Shown: positions 35,431-49,310, counted from the first letter of the stretch. The stretch: DNA of 64,000 nucleotides from Octopus bimaculoides (GCF_001194135.2 NC_068996.1:25994034-26058033), one strand, 5' to 3'. Notes: generated by a model not told the origin, from the sequence alone. Numbers and translations: made by a program.

Positions 35431-36246
35431 NNNNNNNNNNTGAATGAGAAGAGAAAGTGAAAAGGCGACATTTGCTTTGAAGTGAGAGTAGAAAGTGAAA
35501 CAGAAGAAGGTGAAAGATGTATGTACATGTGTATGAAATGGATGTGTGTGTGCATGAGAGAGATAGAGAGAGAGACTGAGTGAATGTGTGTGTTTTCATG
35601 TATGTATTTTTTGCATGTATGTGTAAATGACACTCAGTCGAGCTCTCTCTCTCTCACACACACATGCATGCACACACACATTATCTTATACACATACATA
35701 ACTACATATGCACATACATCCTTTTTCTATGTATGTGCATGAGAGCGAGGGGGAGGGAGAGAGTGAGAAAGAGTGAGTGACTGCATTTCCTCATAACATA
35801 TAGAGAAATAGATATCTTTAATGAGTGACTAATTCGGAGAAGCATTACTTTCATTATTCACGCATCATCACTCTTGTAATGCAACGCTTTTTAATTTTGG
35901 TTCAAATTGAAAGTGTGAAACTATTTTCATTTTCTAATGAAACCTGGTCATTGTAGAGCAGTGTCTTTCAAATAACTATAGCTGGTTGTTGAGATAATGT
36001 AGAAAATATGTAAATGAAAATAAAGTTTATTTGGTAGCCAAAAGATTAGTGAATCTTTTGATACCCCAATTGTCAAAATTGGCAACTCAGTTTTCGAATG
36101 TATAAGGAACATTCATGTGTGCACACACAGACATTCAAACAGACACACACACACAAACTCTCTTTTATATATATAGATATATCACGATGTATCCGAGAGT
36201 TTCTGCAATATGTATTTTAAAACGAAAACTATGTATGTATTATGAG

Positions 36247-37965
36247 TGTAGGACGAAAGCCCCTCGAACAGAAGCCCCATAGTTAAAGTGAAAAAGTGGA
36301 CAAAAGCTCCATGGTCATATTTTCCAATTATTTTTGTTTTTTTTCACCTTTTACTTGTCACAGTTATTAGACTATGGCCATGCTGGGGCACCATCTTGAA
36401 GAAATTTTAGTTGAATGTATCAACACTAGAATTTTTTTATTTTTACTTGTTGCAGTTATTAGACTGCAGCCATGCTGGGAGACCACACTGAAGAATTTTT
36501 AGTCCAATTAATGACCCCAGAATTCTTTTAAATGATTTTCAACCAGCGCATGAAATTAAGCTTAGAAGGTATCTCCACATGCTAGAAATAACAACAAAAA
36601 TCTCTTGAAATTTTTTTATAACTCCCTTCGGTTTTTTTTATTTTCTGAAAATCTTTTTACTTGTTTCAGTCATTGGACTGCAGCCATGTTGGGGCACCAG
36701 CTTGAAGAATTTTTGTTCGCAGAAAAATCATCATTTTAAAATATATATTTAAAGTCTTTTGTTTTCTTCTCTCAGCTCTTACTGATTAATGAGAATAATT
36801 TGACCTTTTGAACTTTCTCCGGCCGTTGAAGGTCTAACAGAAGGCTAGTCATTCAAATGTACTTTTTATTGTTTGCCTAAATAGGGAAATGAGTGTTTCT
36901 CCATAAAAATGACAAATTCTGGTTTTTGTGAAGAAAAAAAACGTTAGAAATATGTGTAATATTTACTTTCATTTTATGTGTGCATATATAGGCTATTCAA
37001 ATGTACTTATTTATCATTTTTGTTTCTACACATTTCTTGAAGTAAGCGTTTTTCCTTTTGTTAGAATTCAGACAATATGTACATTGAGTAGTAAAGAGTC
37101 TTCTGTTCTGTTATTCTATTATTGATGGTAAGGTTGATTTATTTTCATTTTCAAACTTCAAAATTATTCTAGAAACGAGGAAAATAATTGAAGCACACGG
37201 AAATTACCATTGTGAGGGACATAGATGTTTTGACACCGGTTTTTGATTGAATATATTTTTACTTAAAAATTGGAATCTTGGAAAATAATTTTTTTTTTTA
37301 CAACCACTATTTCCATTGTTGTTTACATGAAATTATTTTTAAAAAAAATTTGTAAAATTTAGATGTTATTTCTAGCATGCGGAGAGACCTTCTAGGCTTA
37401 ACTTCATGTGCTCGTTGAAAATCACCTAAAAAAGATTCTGGAATCAATACATTCGACTAAAAATCCCTCAAAGCGGTGCTCCAGCATGGCTGCAGCCCAA
37501 TGACTGAAACAAGTAAAACGATTTTTAGAAAATATAAAAAAAAAGGATAACCAAAAAAATATAACAAAAAAATTTCGAGAGATTTGGCAGTTATTTCTAG
37601 CATATCGAGAGACCTAGGTTTAACTTCATGCACTGGTTGAAAATCATCTTAAAAAATTCTGGGGTCAATACAATCGACAAAAAATTCCTCAAGATGGTGC
37701 CCCGACTGCAACAAGTAAAAAGAAAAGCAAAAATGAATTATATCACAGAAGTGGTTTTGATCAAGCTTAAAAAAAATTCTGGGTTCCATACAGCCATCTA
37801 AAAATTCTTCAAGGTGGTGCTTCAGCATGGCCGGCCGCAACAAGTAAAAAAAAAAAAATTCTGGGGTCGATACATTCAACTAAAAATTCTAAAAACGAAA
37901 AAAAATAACCGAAAAACATAACCGTAGGGATTTTGTCCTAGGGAGCTTTTGATTGGACCCCCTGT
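36247..37965. mobile_element. About 1.7-kb foldback element whose arms contain repeated SINE-A tails
   Basis: Terminal GGACAAAAGCYCC-like motifs at both ends in inverted orientation. Tail units TTTTACTTG..GACTGCAGCCATGCTGGGGCACC occur three times in the left arm, with inverted units in the right arm, plus a shared ATGCTAGAAATAAC spacer. Confidence 0.6.
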
Positions 37966-37999
37966 AGAATATATTTAAATATATTTTAAACTTATTTCT

Positions 38000-40700
38000 T
38001 CTTAGAAATATGAACGGCACCACAGTTTTGGGTGATAGTATAAAAGAAATTATTTAATTATTTAACCAGAGAACATAAATGAGTGATTTCGTAGCAATAC
38101 AGTATTCTCAAATTAGAATCATTGAATCTCAACTTCAGTCATTTTTAACAGTTACGTCATTCATCCGTTTTACATCACTTTGAAACAAAAATGGCGCCTG
38201 CCAGTGAAAGAGCTTTTTGAATATTTTCACCGCTTTATATACATACAATACATTACTGATATATATTAACGTGTGTATATTTTATATTTTTATACATATT
38301 GTATGGCAACACTATTATACAGAGGACATTTTGAAATCGGTGAAAAATTATCAGCAAAGTTCTTCAACGTTTCTGTATACAACTTAACAGGGTTCAAATT
38401 ACCTCATCCAGGATATGTTGTGTATAAATTAATAGACCCTTCCATTTCTCAAGTTATTAAAGAAAAAAAAGTTCTTTAATTTTTGTTTTAAATGTAGTGA
38501 AAGATACTATGTTTCAAAGAAAGATAACAAAAAACTAAACAAAAGATAAAAGAAAACTAAGAACCTTGCAATTTTTTATTGTTTTGTCATGTAAGAAGTT
38601 GACTTCAACACATATATTTGAGCCATTAACAGTATCTCCATCAATTTGAATCGGTAAGCGGGTATTTTCTCGTTATTGAGATGTTTCTTTTTCATCTTTA
38701 GAACAGAATCATTAGCTGGGGACGCCCAAGTTTTATATTTTCCATCTTGTTTTATTACGAAACTCAAAAGAGTTTCTTTCGACCAAGGCAACAGAAAATG
38801 TTACCACGATGCTAATCCCAGTCTCGCCTTTCATGTTATCTTCGTAGAAACGTTTCTGGATTCATTTACAGCATTTTTGTGAGTATCGGTAAACAAGTGA
38901 ATATATGTTTTTATATATACATATGAAGTAACGTTTTCTGTTATAAAAATCAATATAATTTTATTCCATATTTTCCCCTTGTTTATTAACCTTCGTATAT
39001 CATCCAACAACTTAAGGTCTTTTATTGTTGATACATCTCACAGGCAATGAAAATATTTTCATTTTTACCCTTCCGACAACACAGTGCAGCTTACGTAATA
39101 GAGTAAAGCGAAGAAATAAAACCATGATATAAAAATAATAAAAATCAATTAACTGTAATGAACGGTAAACAAAGAACCAGAAAGCAAAGTTGAGTTATTA
39201 AAACGGTTTAAGGTCAAATGTCAGATGAACCTTTGTTACGTCACTTCAACGGTGGAGGCGTTTTTTATTCGTATTTCACCGTTTCTATACGATAAACCGT
39301 TAACTCTTTTAAGTCTTCAAATTATATGATATTTGGATTCATCAGAGAAATACAACTGCAATATCGTGAACAACAACAATTAAATATACACTTTTTGAAT
39401 TATTTTTTTAATGTGGTTTCATTTGAAAGACCAGAGAGATAAAAAAGGGAGAAAATATTTTGAGGTCTTTGCATATATTTCTTTACTAATTTATTCGGTA
39501 AGTTTATTCCAGTGTTTTATTCTTCGAGCGATTTCTAGAATCAGTCATTCATACGTTAGAAACTTCGGGATTTTTTTTTTAATATTAGTCTGCTGGTTAA
39601 TTTGTCTTAAGTATTTTTGCACTGTCGCCTAGTCGAAAACAAGGTTTTTGGATTCGCATGCGCTACCTTCTTAACGATAACGTCTGTTAATTAATTCCTA
39701 TGTCCGACTTTAATTGCAATTAGATTTCGTGCTGTGTAAAGTATGACGAATATGAATACAAATACTGTTTCAACACATGAAACCTACTACCTCTACCACT
39801 CCATTGTTTTATGTAATTACATAAAGCAGATTCATAAAAATGTTTGGCCCTCAACTGATAGCACTAAGCATAACATTTGTATAGAGATCACAATCCTCTT
39901 CTGTATGACTAACATTCCGTATTTATTAAAACAACTGTTCAAACTTCCTGTGAACTCCACTTGCGACCTGGTTTTGTTTCCCGGTTAGTGATATTTTATT
40001 TCGTGGCTCCGTCGCTAAAGCGACAGATGAGATTGCCTTGTTGCGTTCCTTTCCATTTTAATTTCATATGCCGCTGGGGGAACAATTTCACCTTTCATCC
40101 GACCTTCTAGCATGATAAAATAAATTAACTGTCAAAGAACAGGAGGCGATATTTAATATTCCTATAAAGTATCCTAGATGTGAATGGAATTATCTAAGAG
40201 AAGACTAAGACTAAATTATGTCCTTCGTCAGAATTTGTTGCATTGTGCTATCATTAGCAACAAGAATTTCCCGCTGAACCTAATACGTTATTTTCAGCGT
40301 AAAGATACCGTTTTTGTTTTTTGCCGTGGAGGTGGTGGTGGACTGTTTAAACCTTGACTGGTATTTTTATTTTTTTATCGAACCCCAAAAGACGAAAATA
40401 TGTAAAGTCGTTCGCAACAAGACTTGTCTGCAGAACACAAAAGGATGTTATATGAATCACAGTTGCGTACTTAAGGCAGAAGGTTAGCAATTTTAAAGGG
40501 ATAGGGTGGGGGTAGTCGATGCCATCGACTCTTGTATACCCTCATCTATTTCCAAACATGGTCATATTTCCCCCTGGCTAGTCATGTTTCTACAGAAGAT
40601 TAGAAACGAACAACACCGCATGTATATTGGTGACGCTCATTTACGACCAAGACAAGGAGACGTACCCACCCATAGACATACATTTTGATATGTGTGTGTG
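38000..40700. promoter_or_regulatory. CpG-retaining, repeat-poor, promoter-like region
   Basis: 8 CpGs in 39181-39300 versus none in 57421-58300. GTTACGTCA (CRE/ATF-like) at 38151-38159 and 39235-39243, TTACGTAA at 39091-39098, YY1-like CAAAAATGGCGCC at 38186-38198, donor-like CG|GTAAGT at 39498. Promoter function is inference. Confidence 0.45.
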
Positions 40701-41214
40701 ATGAAGTTCTTTCAGTTTCTCTCTAGCAAATTCACTCACAAGGTTTTGGTCATCCTGGGGCTGTAGTAGAAAACTCAAAGTCTTCTTAGTTTTTTAATCA
40801 AGTCCCAATACTTTTCGGCTTTCCTTGTTTCTTACATTACTTCCATCATTTCTTACTTTACTGCCATTATATGGTTACAGCCAGCATCTTCTTGAGGTTG
40901 GAGAATTGTCAAAGCATGGAACCTGCATCAGTTAACTGCCAGAAGACTGTATCCTTCAAAAACTCCATGCTTCTCAAAATTTGTCAACACTATTCCTGAC
41001 GTTTCTCTTTATGATTCTTTTACTATTTGCTTTTCTGTCTCTTTTTGTATTTCATTTTGTGTACTGTGCATGTACTTTTGACTTTCATCACTGTCTTTCT
41101 TTACTTGACTTACTGTTGCATTCTGTCTCTTCTTTTACTCCTTTCTGACAAATTGTTGTGCACTTGTGCACTGAATACAATAACTTCATTATTTTTATTA
41201 GATTTTCATAGGTG

Positions 41215-41430
41215 GTGAGTTGGAAGAATCATTAAAGTGTTGGATAAAATGCTGTGCAGTATCTCTTCTGGCTCTTTGTTTTCTGGTTTTAACTCCCTTT
41301 CAGGTCAGCTTTGCCTTTCATCCTTTAGGGGCTGATAAAAATAAAGTGCCAGTCAAGTATTGTGGGTAGGGGAGGGAAAACAAAGCCTTCCCCTTATAAT
41401 TACTGGCCATGTACCTTAATAAGGAAGCAT
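41215..41430 (+). mobile_element. SINE family M (alternative tail), degenerate
   Basis: GGTGAGTTGGAAGAA head and GGTCAGCTTTGCCTTTCATCCTTTAGGGG centre. The tail resembles 22380-22423. Confidence 0.65.
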
Positions 41431-42599
41431 TATTAAATTTCCAAGGTTTCTCAACCTCTAGGCCCATTCAGTAGTGAATTTGGACATAATCTACTTTACT
41501 TGTTCTGTGTGCATGTATAATGGTTTTAGAATAGGTACACTACATCCCTACATGCTGTAAAAGGTATTCAAAAAAATCTGTGATGGGAAGGGCATACAGC
41601 TGTAAAACTGTCTCAAAAAATTTGCCCAACCCTTGTCAGTATAGAAACGTGGATGTTAAGTGCTGATTGTGATTACTTATACAATTGTATCTAATCTCTG
41701 GACCTTTGTTATATGGTCTGTCTATACAGGATTTTCATTAAATATATTGACATTAACATAACTATTGCATTGTTTTTTTTTCCATGTGGATGGTGCGCAA
41801 TAGCTATGTAATCTCTGAATATTTCTGTTTTTCTTCACCAACCAATGTACAACCTTGTATCTCAATGATTCTCTCATAACTAATTTGGTAAGTACAGTGA
41901 TGTCTCTGTTTTCCTAGGCTCTCTAATAAAACTGAAATGTGTCTAGAGTTGTTTCTTGTATTTTTACTGAAACACTTGAATAATAATAAGCAAGGTTTAA
42001 TATCTTTTCTTTTGTCTTTCATAACTACATAGTTGTTCCTAGTTAACTTTCTATTTGTGTTCCCTGCATTAAATATGCTATGTTAGCACTAACTTAGCAA
42101 TTATACTTCATGACTGCTTTCTGTTTTTTTCACTATGATGTAGTTAGTTATTAGAGAAATGCTGTGAGATCTTACAACCCTGCTATTGAATAGCATAACA
42201 AAATATAAAACAGTTCAGTTTTCCCTTTCTGATCATAACTGGTCTGTGTGTGTGGATTTTACAAGCATACACCATGCATTCTTACAACTCTACTTATATT
42301 TCCAATGGTCTGTTTCTCTATTACATGGTCAGTGTTTAAAGAGAAATACTATAGGATATTGCAATTCTATAACAAAATATATAACATACTTTGATTTTAT
42401 TTTTATATTCATATCTGGTCTCTGTGCCTCTATTATATGGTCAGTTACTGAGAAATACCACAGGATCTAACATCTTTATTGTATAACATACTTCGATTTT
42501 TCAGAGTATGTTATACATAGTGGTGTGGGTGCTTTTTATGTGGCATTAGATAAAAAAAAAAAAAGGAATGATGAACAGAACATTATTATAATGAAAAAT

Positions 42600-43550
42600 T
42601 ATTATTATAATTCTTCATTGGGCTGAACAGGTATAAGTTGGTGGGGGCCAAATCCTAGCAATGCAGTAGATGGTGAATCACTGACCGGCATAGTTTGTCC
42701 ATAGCATGGTTTGTTGTCAAAGCTCTGTGAGGTCATGCATTGTCGAGGTGAATTAGGATTATTTTCAGATTCTCGTTTGGTCTCTTTCTCCTAATGGCTC
42801 TCTAAGCTTTTTGATTGTCTCTCAGTAAGCTGCTAACTATTCATAGTACAGCCACACTCCAGAAAATAAAGAAGAATGATGTCTTTGTGATCCCCTAAAA
42901 CAGTCACCATGAGTTTTTGTTCCAATTGCTCGCTCATGAGTTTCTTCAGCTTTGGAGGAGCAATGTGATGCCATTCTGTGGCCTGACCTGTCATCTCTAG
43001 ATTGTAAAGATACACCTATGAGTCATCCCTATCACCAGACCAGAAGAAAGCAGCATTTTCATTAGCTTCAAATGCTTTCAGCTGATCAGAGTAGATTTCC
43101 ACTCTTCACTCCTTCAAATTGGGTATCAGCTGCCAAGTTACTCACTTTGCACACTCTTTCTGATACCCAGAGTCTTCTGTTATTTTCTTTAATGCACTAT
43201 CACTAGAATCCAGTTCTGTAGCAAACATGGATTGTGATTGTCTCTCTATCTATCTGAATCATTTCATCCATTTGCTGGCAATTCATGTGAACACAGTTGG
43301 TGTTCTTCCCATTGCAAGGTTTGTCTTCAATATTGGTTTCATCCTTCTATGCACATTGCTCTTGTCAATGGTGTCATCCTTGTAAACAGGGTATGTAGCC
43401 TTCTGTGGAAGTTAGACAGCCTGAACTCCTCTTTTGTCAAAAATTCTTATGATGGTGCATTGCTTGGAACCTATTATTTATTTACCTACAATGAAGAAGA
43501 ATAGGAAGAAGAGTTACTCTACCAATGAATATAGTTTGAATGCCCTGTGT
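42600..43550 (-). pseudogene. Near full-length degenerate mariner transposase (second family)
   Basis: Minus strand in order: KQCTIIRIF..VYKDDTIDKS (HTH), GYQKECAK*V, YNLEMTGQATEWHH..KLMVTVLGDHKDIILLYFLE (ORF 42833..43015), LDNA*PH..DLAPTNLYLFSPMK. Confidence 0.8.
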
Positions 43551-43569
43551 CAGTTAATTTAAATGTTAT

Positions 43570-43990
43570 GCCCACTTTTGTATTATTTTCTGTACAATCC
43601 TTGCTTATTGTTAAATCCGAGATAGCATCTATCTACATTCGCATTGATTTGGGGAGTATACCATTTGCAAAGCTTTTTCAACATAAGTTTCTGTTGCTTG
43701 ATATTCTTTTTTTCTTAAAGAAAAGTTTTCATGATTCAAGAGAGAGGTCAGTGTTGTTCTTTGGTCTTCCCAAAGTTTGACCAGTCAGAATTAATCTTTT
43801 TGAACTTGAAATGCTATCAGTTGACAACATCTGAGATTTTAAAATTAGCTGTTCATATTTACAACTCCACTATCATACAATATAACATGCTTTACCTTGG
43901 ATACTTAACTCCTCATGAAGTCATAGGGACACTGTCATAAAATTTCAGCATGTCTTAGGCCCTTTTCTTGAACCTGGTGAAGCCTATCCC
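43570..43990 (-). mobile_element. Possible L1/Tx1-like ORF2 C-terminal remnant
   Basis: Weak motifs only: RHAEIL*QCP (Cys/His knuckle remnant) and an AAAAGCTTTGCAAATGG segment resembling the F..RW terminus. Confidence 0.35.
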
Positions 43991-44866
43991 TTTCTAGATC
44001 TAGCAACATAGAGACAAATTTCCTTCAGAAAGGTGAGAGAAAGAAAGTCCTACACCTTCATTGAGAGAGCCTCTGCATGGTTGTTTGAGCTGCTGTAAAT
44101 AGCAGACAACAATGGGCTGTTACTTTATGAACACTGTGAAGATGAAAGGCAAAGTTGACCTTGGTGTGATTTGAGCTTGAAGAGCAGTAAGCTGGAATGA
44201 ATACATGAATACTGCAAAACATTGTATCTGATGTTGTAATGACCGTTCTAATTTATTACTTTAATTTATGGTAAATCATACTTCAAATTTTCTTTTATTA
44301 TGATCCTATCAGTTTTCTGTGTCAGTTTTTATAGATAAATAACAATCATACAACTCTGTTATTATCTGGTATGACACTAGATATGGTCAGAGTTTGATCT
44401 CAATTACATAACAGTTTGTATATAGCAAATGGTTTCTAAATGTTTTTATTACCTTGTAATCCCATCTCCATATGCTAAAAGTACACAACACTTTTTCTTT
44501 TAAATTTAAAACCTTGTGATTCTTTTAACTTACTCTCAATGATACTTTAGGGTGTCCCAATACCCCGGTTGGACACCATTGGTATAGAGCAATTTTATAG
44601 GATCTTACTAGAAGTAATCTTATCATAAAAGGGAAGCTGAACTCCATCTATCTGTCTATAACAAAATCTGTGTAGAGAGAGGGAAGAAGGGGAGGAGAAA
44701 TAGTTGTTGAGAGAGGAATACAGTGAGAGATAGTGTCACCTAAGGAACTGACAAGTTTTTATTAAGAAAGTGGGAATTTTAAGTGCAAATCTGTCAACAC
44801 AGTGCAACACACTTAAAACAAAAGACTCTGTATGTATATGTATATATATATATATAGACACACACA

Positions 44867-44903
<37 letters not shown>

Positions 44904-44966
44904 TAAGGATGGCTTGTTAGCAATTTTTCAACTGAAAGGCAGAAATATATACTCACTAAAGCAACT

Positions 44967-45134
44967 AAGGGTGCTAGTCAGCACCAGTATTGCTAGAAAT
45001 AAGAGTCAAAACAACTCATAACCCTGATAAGCAGTCTTAATGAATGACAAGGGAGGCAAGCTCCTTCATCACTGGTGCTGAGGGAGTTGTTTTGACTTTT
45101 ATTTCTAGCAATACTGGTGCTGACTAGTGCCCTT
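44967..45134. mobile_element. 168-bp MITE-like palindrome
   Basis: 51-bp arms at 44967-45017 and 45084-45134, with 48 of 51 positions complementary. Confidence 0.8.
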
Positions 45135-45589
45135 CATCTTTTGTTTTACTGTAAATTTCAACTATATATATAATGCATATTAGTTAATTTTTTGTAGTTT
45201 GTGTGTCCCTGTATGTCTTTCAACGTATATACAATGCAACACAGGCTATGTAAAAGATTTTCACTTTGAAGAATTTATGGAGGTGTGTGCATTATTAACA
45301 AATAAATTTTATTTGCAGCATGGTGACTTGTACAATCTAGTTTTCAGCAACAACTTTTGGCTGGTAATGGTACTTAGTTTTCGTATACTTTGAATCCACA
45401 TTTCCTACTAATCCTTTAGTGTATCTTTTACTTTATGATTCCCTAGCAGGAGATTCTAAGAGTATCAGTGAGATTAATTTGGTCACATATGCCTTTAACA
45501 TAATGAATGTACTCATTCAAATAAAATTGTGGTGCTTTTTCATTTTTACCATACATTCCAAAATGAACGGAAAGAAAAATTAATTCATG

Positions 45590-45990
45590 ACTTTCTGGTT
45601 AAGAAGCTTGCTTTGCAACCACATGGTTTCAAGTTCAGTCCCACAGTACAGCACCTTGGGCAAGTGTTTTTTGCTATAACTTTAGATTGACCAATACCTT
45701 GTGAGTGAATTTGGTAGAAGGAAACTGTTAAAGCCTGTTGTGTGTGTGTCTGTATACATGTATGTGTGTGTGTGCTCAAGTGTGTGTTTGTGTTTGTTTC
45801 TCCAGCAGTGCTTGACAACCAGTGTTGGTTTATTTATACCCCATAACTTAGTCATTTGGTAAAAGAGACCAACAGAATAAGTACTAAACTTTAAAAATAA
45901 GTATTGGGTTGATTTGTTTGACTAAACTCTGAGTGGTGCCCCAGTATGACCACAGTCCAATGACTGAAATGAGTAAAAAATAAAAAAGAT
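45590..45990 (+). mobile_element. SINE family A, full length
   Basis: B box AGTTCAGTCC, GCACCTTGGGCAAGTG, tail CAGTCCAATGACTGAAATGAGTAAAAAATAAAA. Confidence 0.8.
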
Positions 45991-46719
45991 GTACAATATT
46001 TCAGTTATTGCTTACAATTCCTGCAGTCTCTTTTCAATAAAGTATTACTTCAGTGCTTTTCATTTTGCTGCTGTTGTTGTTGGTGTTGGTGGTTAATAAT
46101 ACCTTACATTTCAATATCATTTTGTTTGCATTGGCCTTATTGACATGTCTCAATACACTACATGTAAATTGAAATTAAAATTTCTGGAGAATTCATTTGA
46201 AAATTATGGACAAGGACCATGCGATAGAATATTTGAAGTAAACTGATACGTTATTTCTATAAGATATTCTTTTTAGACCGTCTTTGCAATGACATTGCCT
46301 TTGTCTACCCTACCCATGGTTTCGCTCATTTCATGACTCCATGCAACGACTAGTGTGATGGTAATCTTGTACACTTTCCTCATTATATACCTGTAATTAT
46401 CGAATATTTTCAATACTGACCATTAAACAATATTAATGGCATCAAATTCACTGCTCTTGGAGAGCTTGCAGAAGCCATAGGCTCTGTACCCTCTTTCAGA
46501 CTCAGCAAGTAAAATAAATAGTCTGCTTATATTTTGGTCCTCTGTTTTTAACCTGGTATAAATAGTAACAAAGTCTTTCTCAAATCACACTTTGAATAAA
46601 GAAAAGACACTGAATAATGTAGTCTTATACATGTTCTTAATTTGTTTTCTTTGCATTTTTTTCTTAATTCACTGGGTCTGGAAGAAAGGCCAGTGCCCAC
46701 TTTTTGCTAGTTGTCTGAG

Positions 46720-47200
46720 ATTGGTAAAGTTGGTGTCATTAATGTTCCATTTAAACCATTGCAAGTCAACAGGAAAGACTTAATCAGGGAAGGAATTCCA
46801 GAGTGTTGATGTTCTTTGGAGAAAAGACTAGGTGTAGTGGTTATTGCAGGACCTAGTGAGGTTAGATGAGAGGAAGAGAGAAGGAATCATGAGTGAGTGT
46901 ACAAAACCAGCTGATTCTGAGGAATAGACACCATTATTTTAGTTGTAAAAAAGGCAGGGAGGCTGGAGTAGAGTCACAGCTAAAAAGCCTGTGACCATAT
47001 GTCTGCTTCATCAGGATTGACCAGCAGTTTAGCACTAACACTTCCATTACGCTATCCCCCTTTCCTTACTGTTCTACTTAAAATGGTTAATAATGACAGG
47101 GAATTTGGAAGGGATATCAATATATTCAATTTATTGAAGTTGTTACTCAAGAAATTCCAGGCTGACCAGATTAATTTTCAAGTTACTAATCTTTGGGACA
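46720..47200 (-). mobile_element. CR1/L2-like LINE ORF2 C-terminal remnant
   Basis: Minus strand PCLFYN*NNGVYSSE and HYT*SFLQRTSTLWNSFPD*VFPVDLQWFKWNI match the SFFPRT..LWNSLP..VFP pattern of CR1-group ORF2 ends. Confidence 0.6.
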
Positions 47201-48106
47201 TTAATGAGTCTTATTACTTTTTGGCACATAGCATAAATATAAAAAAAGCTTTGTATATCTATGGCAAGTCAACTTGATGGAGCTCATCTTCATTTACCCA
47301 GGTTATATCCAACAGTGATAGGGTAATAATTCTGCTTACTGCAATGTTTTATTCATCACCTGTGTTACTGATTACTCTCAGGTGGGAGTTAAGTATCTTG
47401 ATTACAGCAACAACTAGTGGTGGTTGTTTACAAGGTATGCACTGGCAGCCACATGACTGCTTTTCTTGTACCCTATCAACTTGGTTATCTATACTCTCTC
47501 TCTATCACAGTTGTATATTATCTTGTTATATTCATATAAGTAAACTAAAAGTATAAATTAGCATGCACAGCTCCATCTATTTTTAACAGCAAGTTGTTTC
47601 AGCTCATATAACCACCACTGTCGGAGAAGCAAGGTAGTGAGTGAGCAACATGTGTAGTGTATGTCAGGAGTGTATATCAAGGGCGCTGACTCTAATACAT
47701 TCACCCTATTTTTTGCACTAATACATATATACAACCACATATATATATAGAGTCATCAAAGAATCCATAAGTCAGTAAAAATATGCACTCGTATACTTGT
47801 CAGTAGACTAATTGAAGTGTACAGTATTATATATCTGAAACTGATTGGTAAGCTCATCTGTAATGGATATATAATACTGTACGCTTAGATTAATAAATGT
47901 ATAATATGTATATGCAATATACTGTCTCATATGACATTATTTTACAAATTCCATGCACAATTACATTTTAATAATGTTCTGAGTAACACTCTTTTTTTTT
48001 TCTCTGCTCACCAATATATATTCAATATTTGCTACTAATGCACTTCTCTCCCACTCATGTATAATATATATATATAATATTAATGTGTGTGTATGTATAT
48101 GATGTA

Positions 48107-48147
<41 letters not shown>

Positions 48148-48248
48148 NNNNNNNNNNNNNNNNNNNNNNNNNNNNNNNNNNNNNNNNNNNNNNNNNNNNN
48201 NNNNNNNNNNNNNNNNNNNNNNNNNNNNNNNNNNNNNNNNNNNNNNNA

Positions 48249-48296
<48 letters not shown>

Positions 48297-48964
48297 GTAA
48301 AAGTTCTTGTATTTTGAACATCTCATTATGCTCTAAGACAAAGGCTGTTTAGGCAGAGTTGACTCCCTTAGCTAAAGACCTCAAAATTGTGTGACCTGAC
48401 CTCGTTTTCAAGGTTATTTTTGTATTAAAAAAGAGTTGTTGTACAAAAAACATTTTATTTTGTTACCAAAAGATTACTGAATCTGTTGATACCTCATACC
48501 TCAAAATCAGCAAATATATACACACACAAACTTTGTTTTATATATATGGATATATAGATGGTGGTCAGAGCTGGAATAACATAGGTCATCATAGGTGTAA
48601 AACTGAATAGCTAAACAACAACAATTAAACATGATCTAATATTCCAACAACTTAACTGAGTATTGACTCAGTTAAGATGATCACACCTTTGAACTTGTTA
48701 TAGTTCATAATTGTAAGTGTGCATTAGGAGGGAGAGGTATTGTTGCTTGTTCCAATTAAGAAATAGTTAGGGAATTCACAAGCTTAGGCTACTATGCATA
48801 TACATACACACAAACATACATTAACTATATATATATATATTTCTCATATACACATGCAAGAAAAACAAGCTAGTAAAAATTAAGACTTCTGTTTGATACA
48901 ATATGAAATCAAGTCATATAACCCTCTGAAAACACACCATTGTCATCTTTCCTCAAGCTATGAC

Positions 48965-49161
48965 ATTTAGTGTCTACATGTATTTATAAGTATGTAACAA
49001 GTGGTATAATTATAAACACACACACACAAATATATATGCATACCAACATATATATGCACATACATACATACACACACATATACATATATATATACACACA
49101 CACGTATATACACATATATACACTCATACGTATATACATATATATACACTCACACGTATAT

Positions 49162-49212
<51 letters not shown>

Positions 49213-49310
49213 CAAAGTTTGCTTTTTATAGAAGCATTGAGATGTATTGAAATATACAGATATGGAAATAATTCATTCTCACATGCAGAATAATGCACAC
49301 ACACTCACAC

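Noticed and set aside
38191-38220. ATGGCG start in a strong context
   Set aside because: The frame closes after 9 codons (MAPASERAF*) with no convincing donor. It is kept only as a YY1-like motif.
38576-38882. Overlapping 68-71-aa ORFs on both strands in the CpG island
   Set aside because: They start at non-ATG codons, have no recognisable domain, and the alternative frames contain stops.
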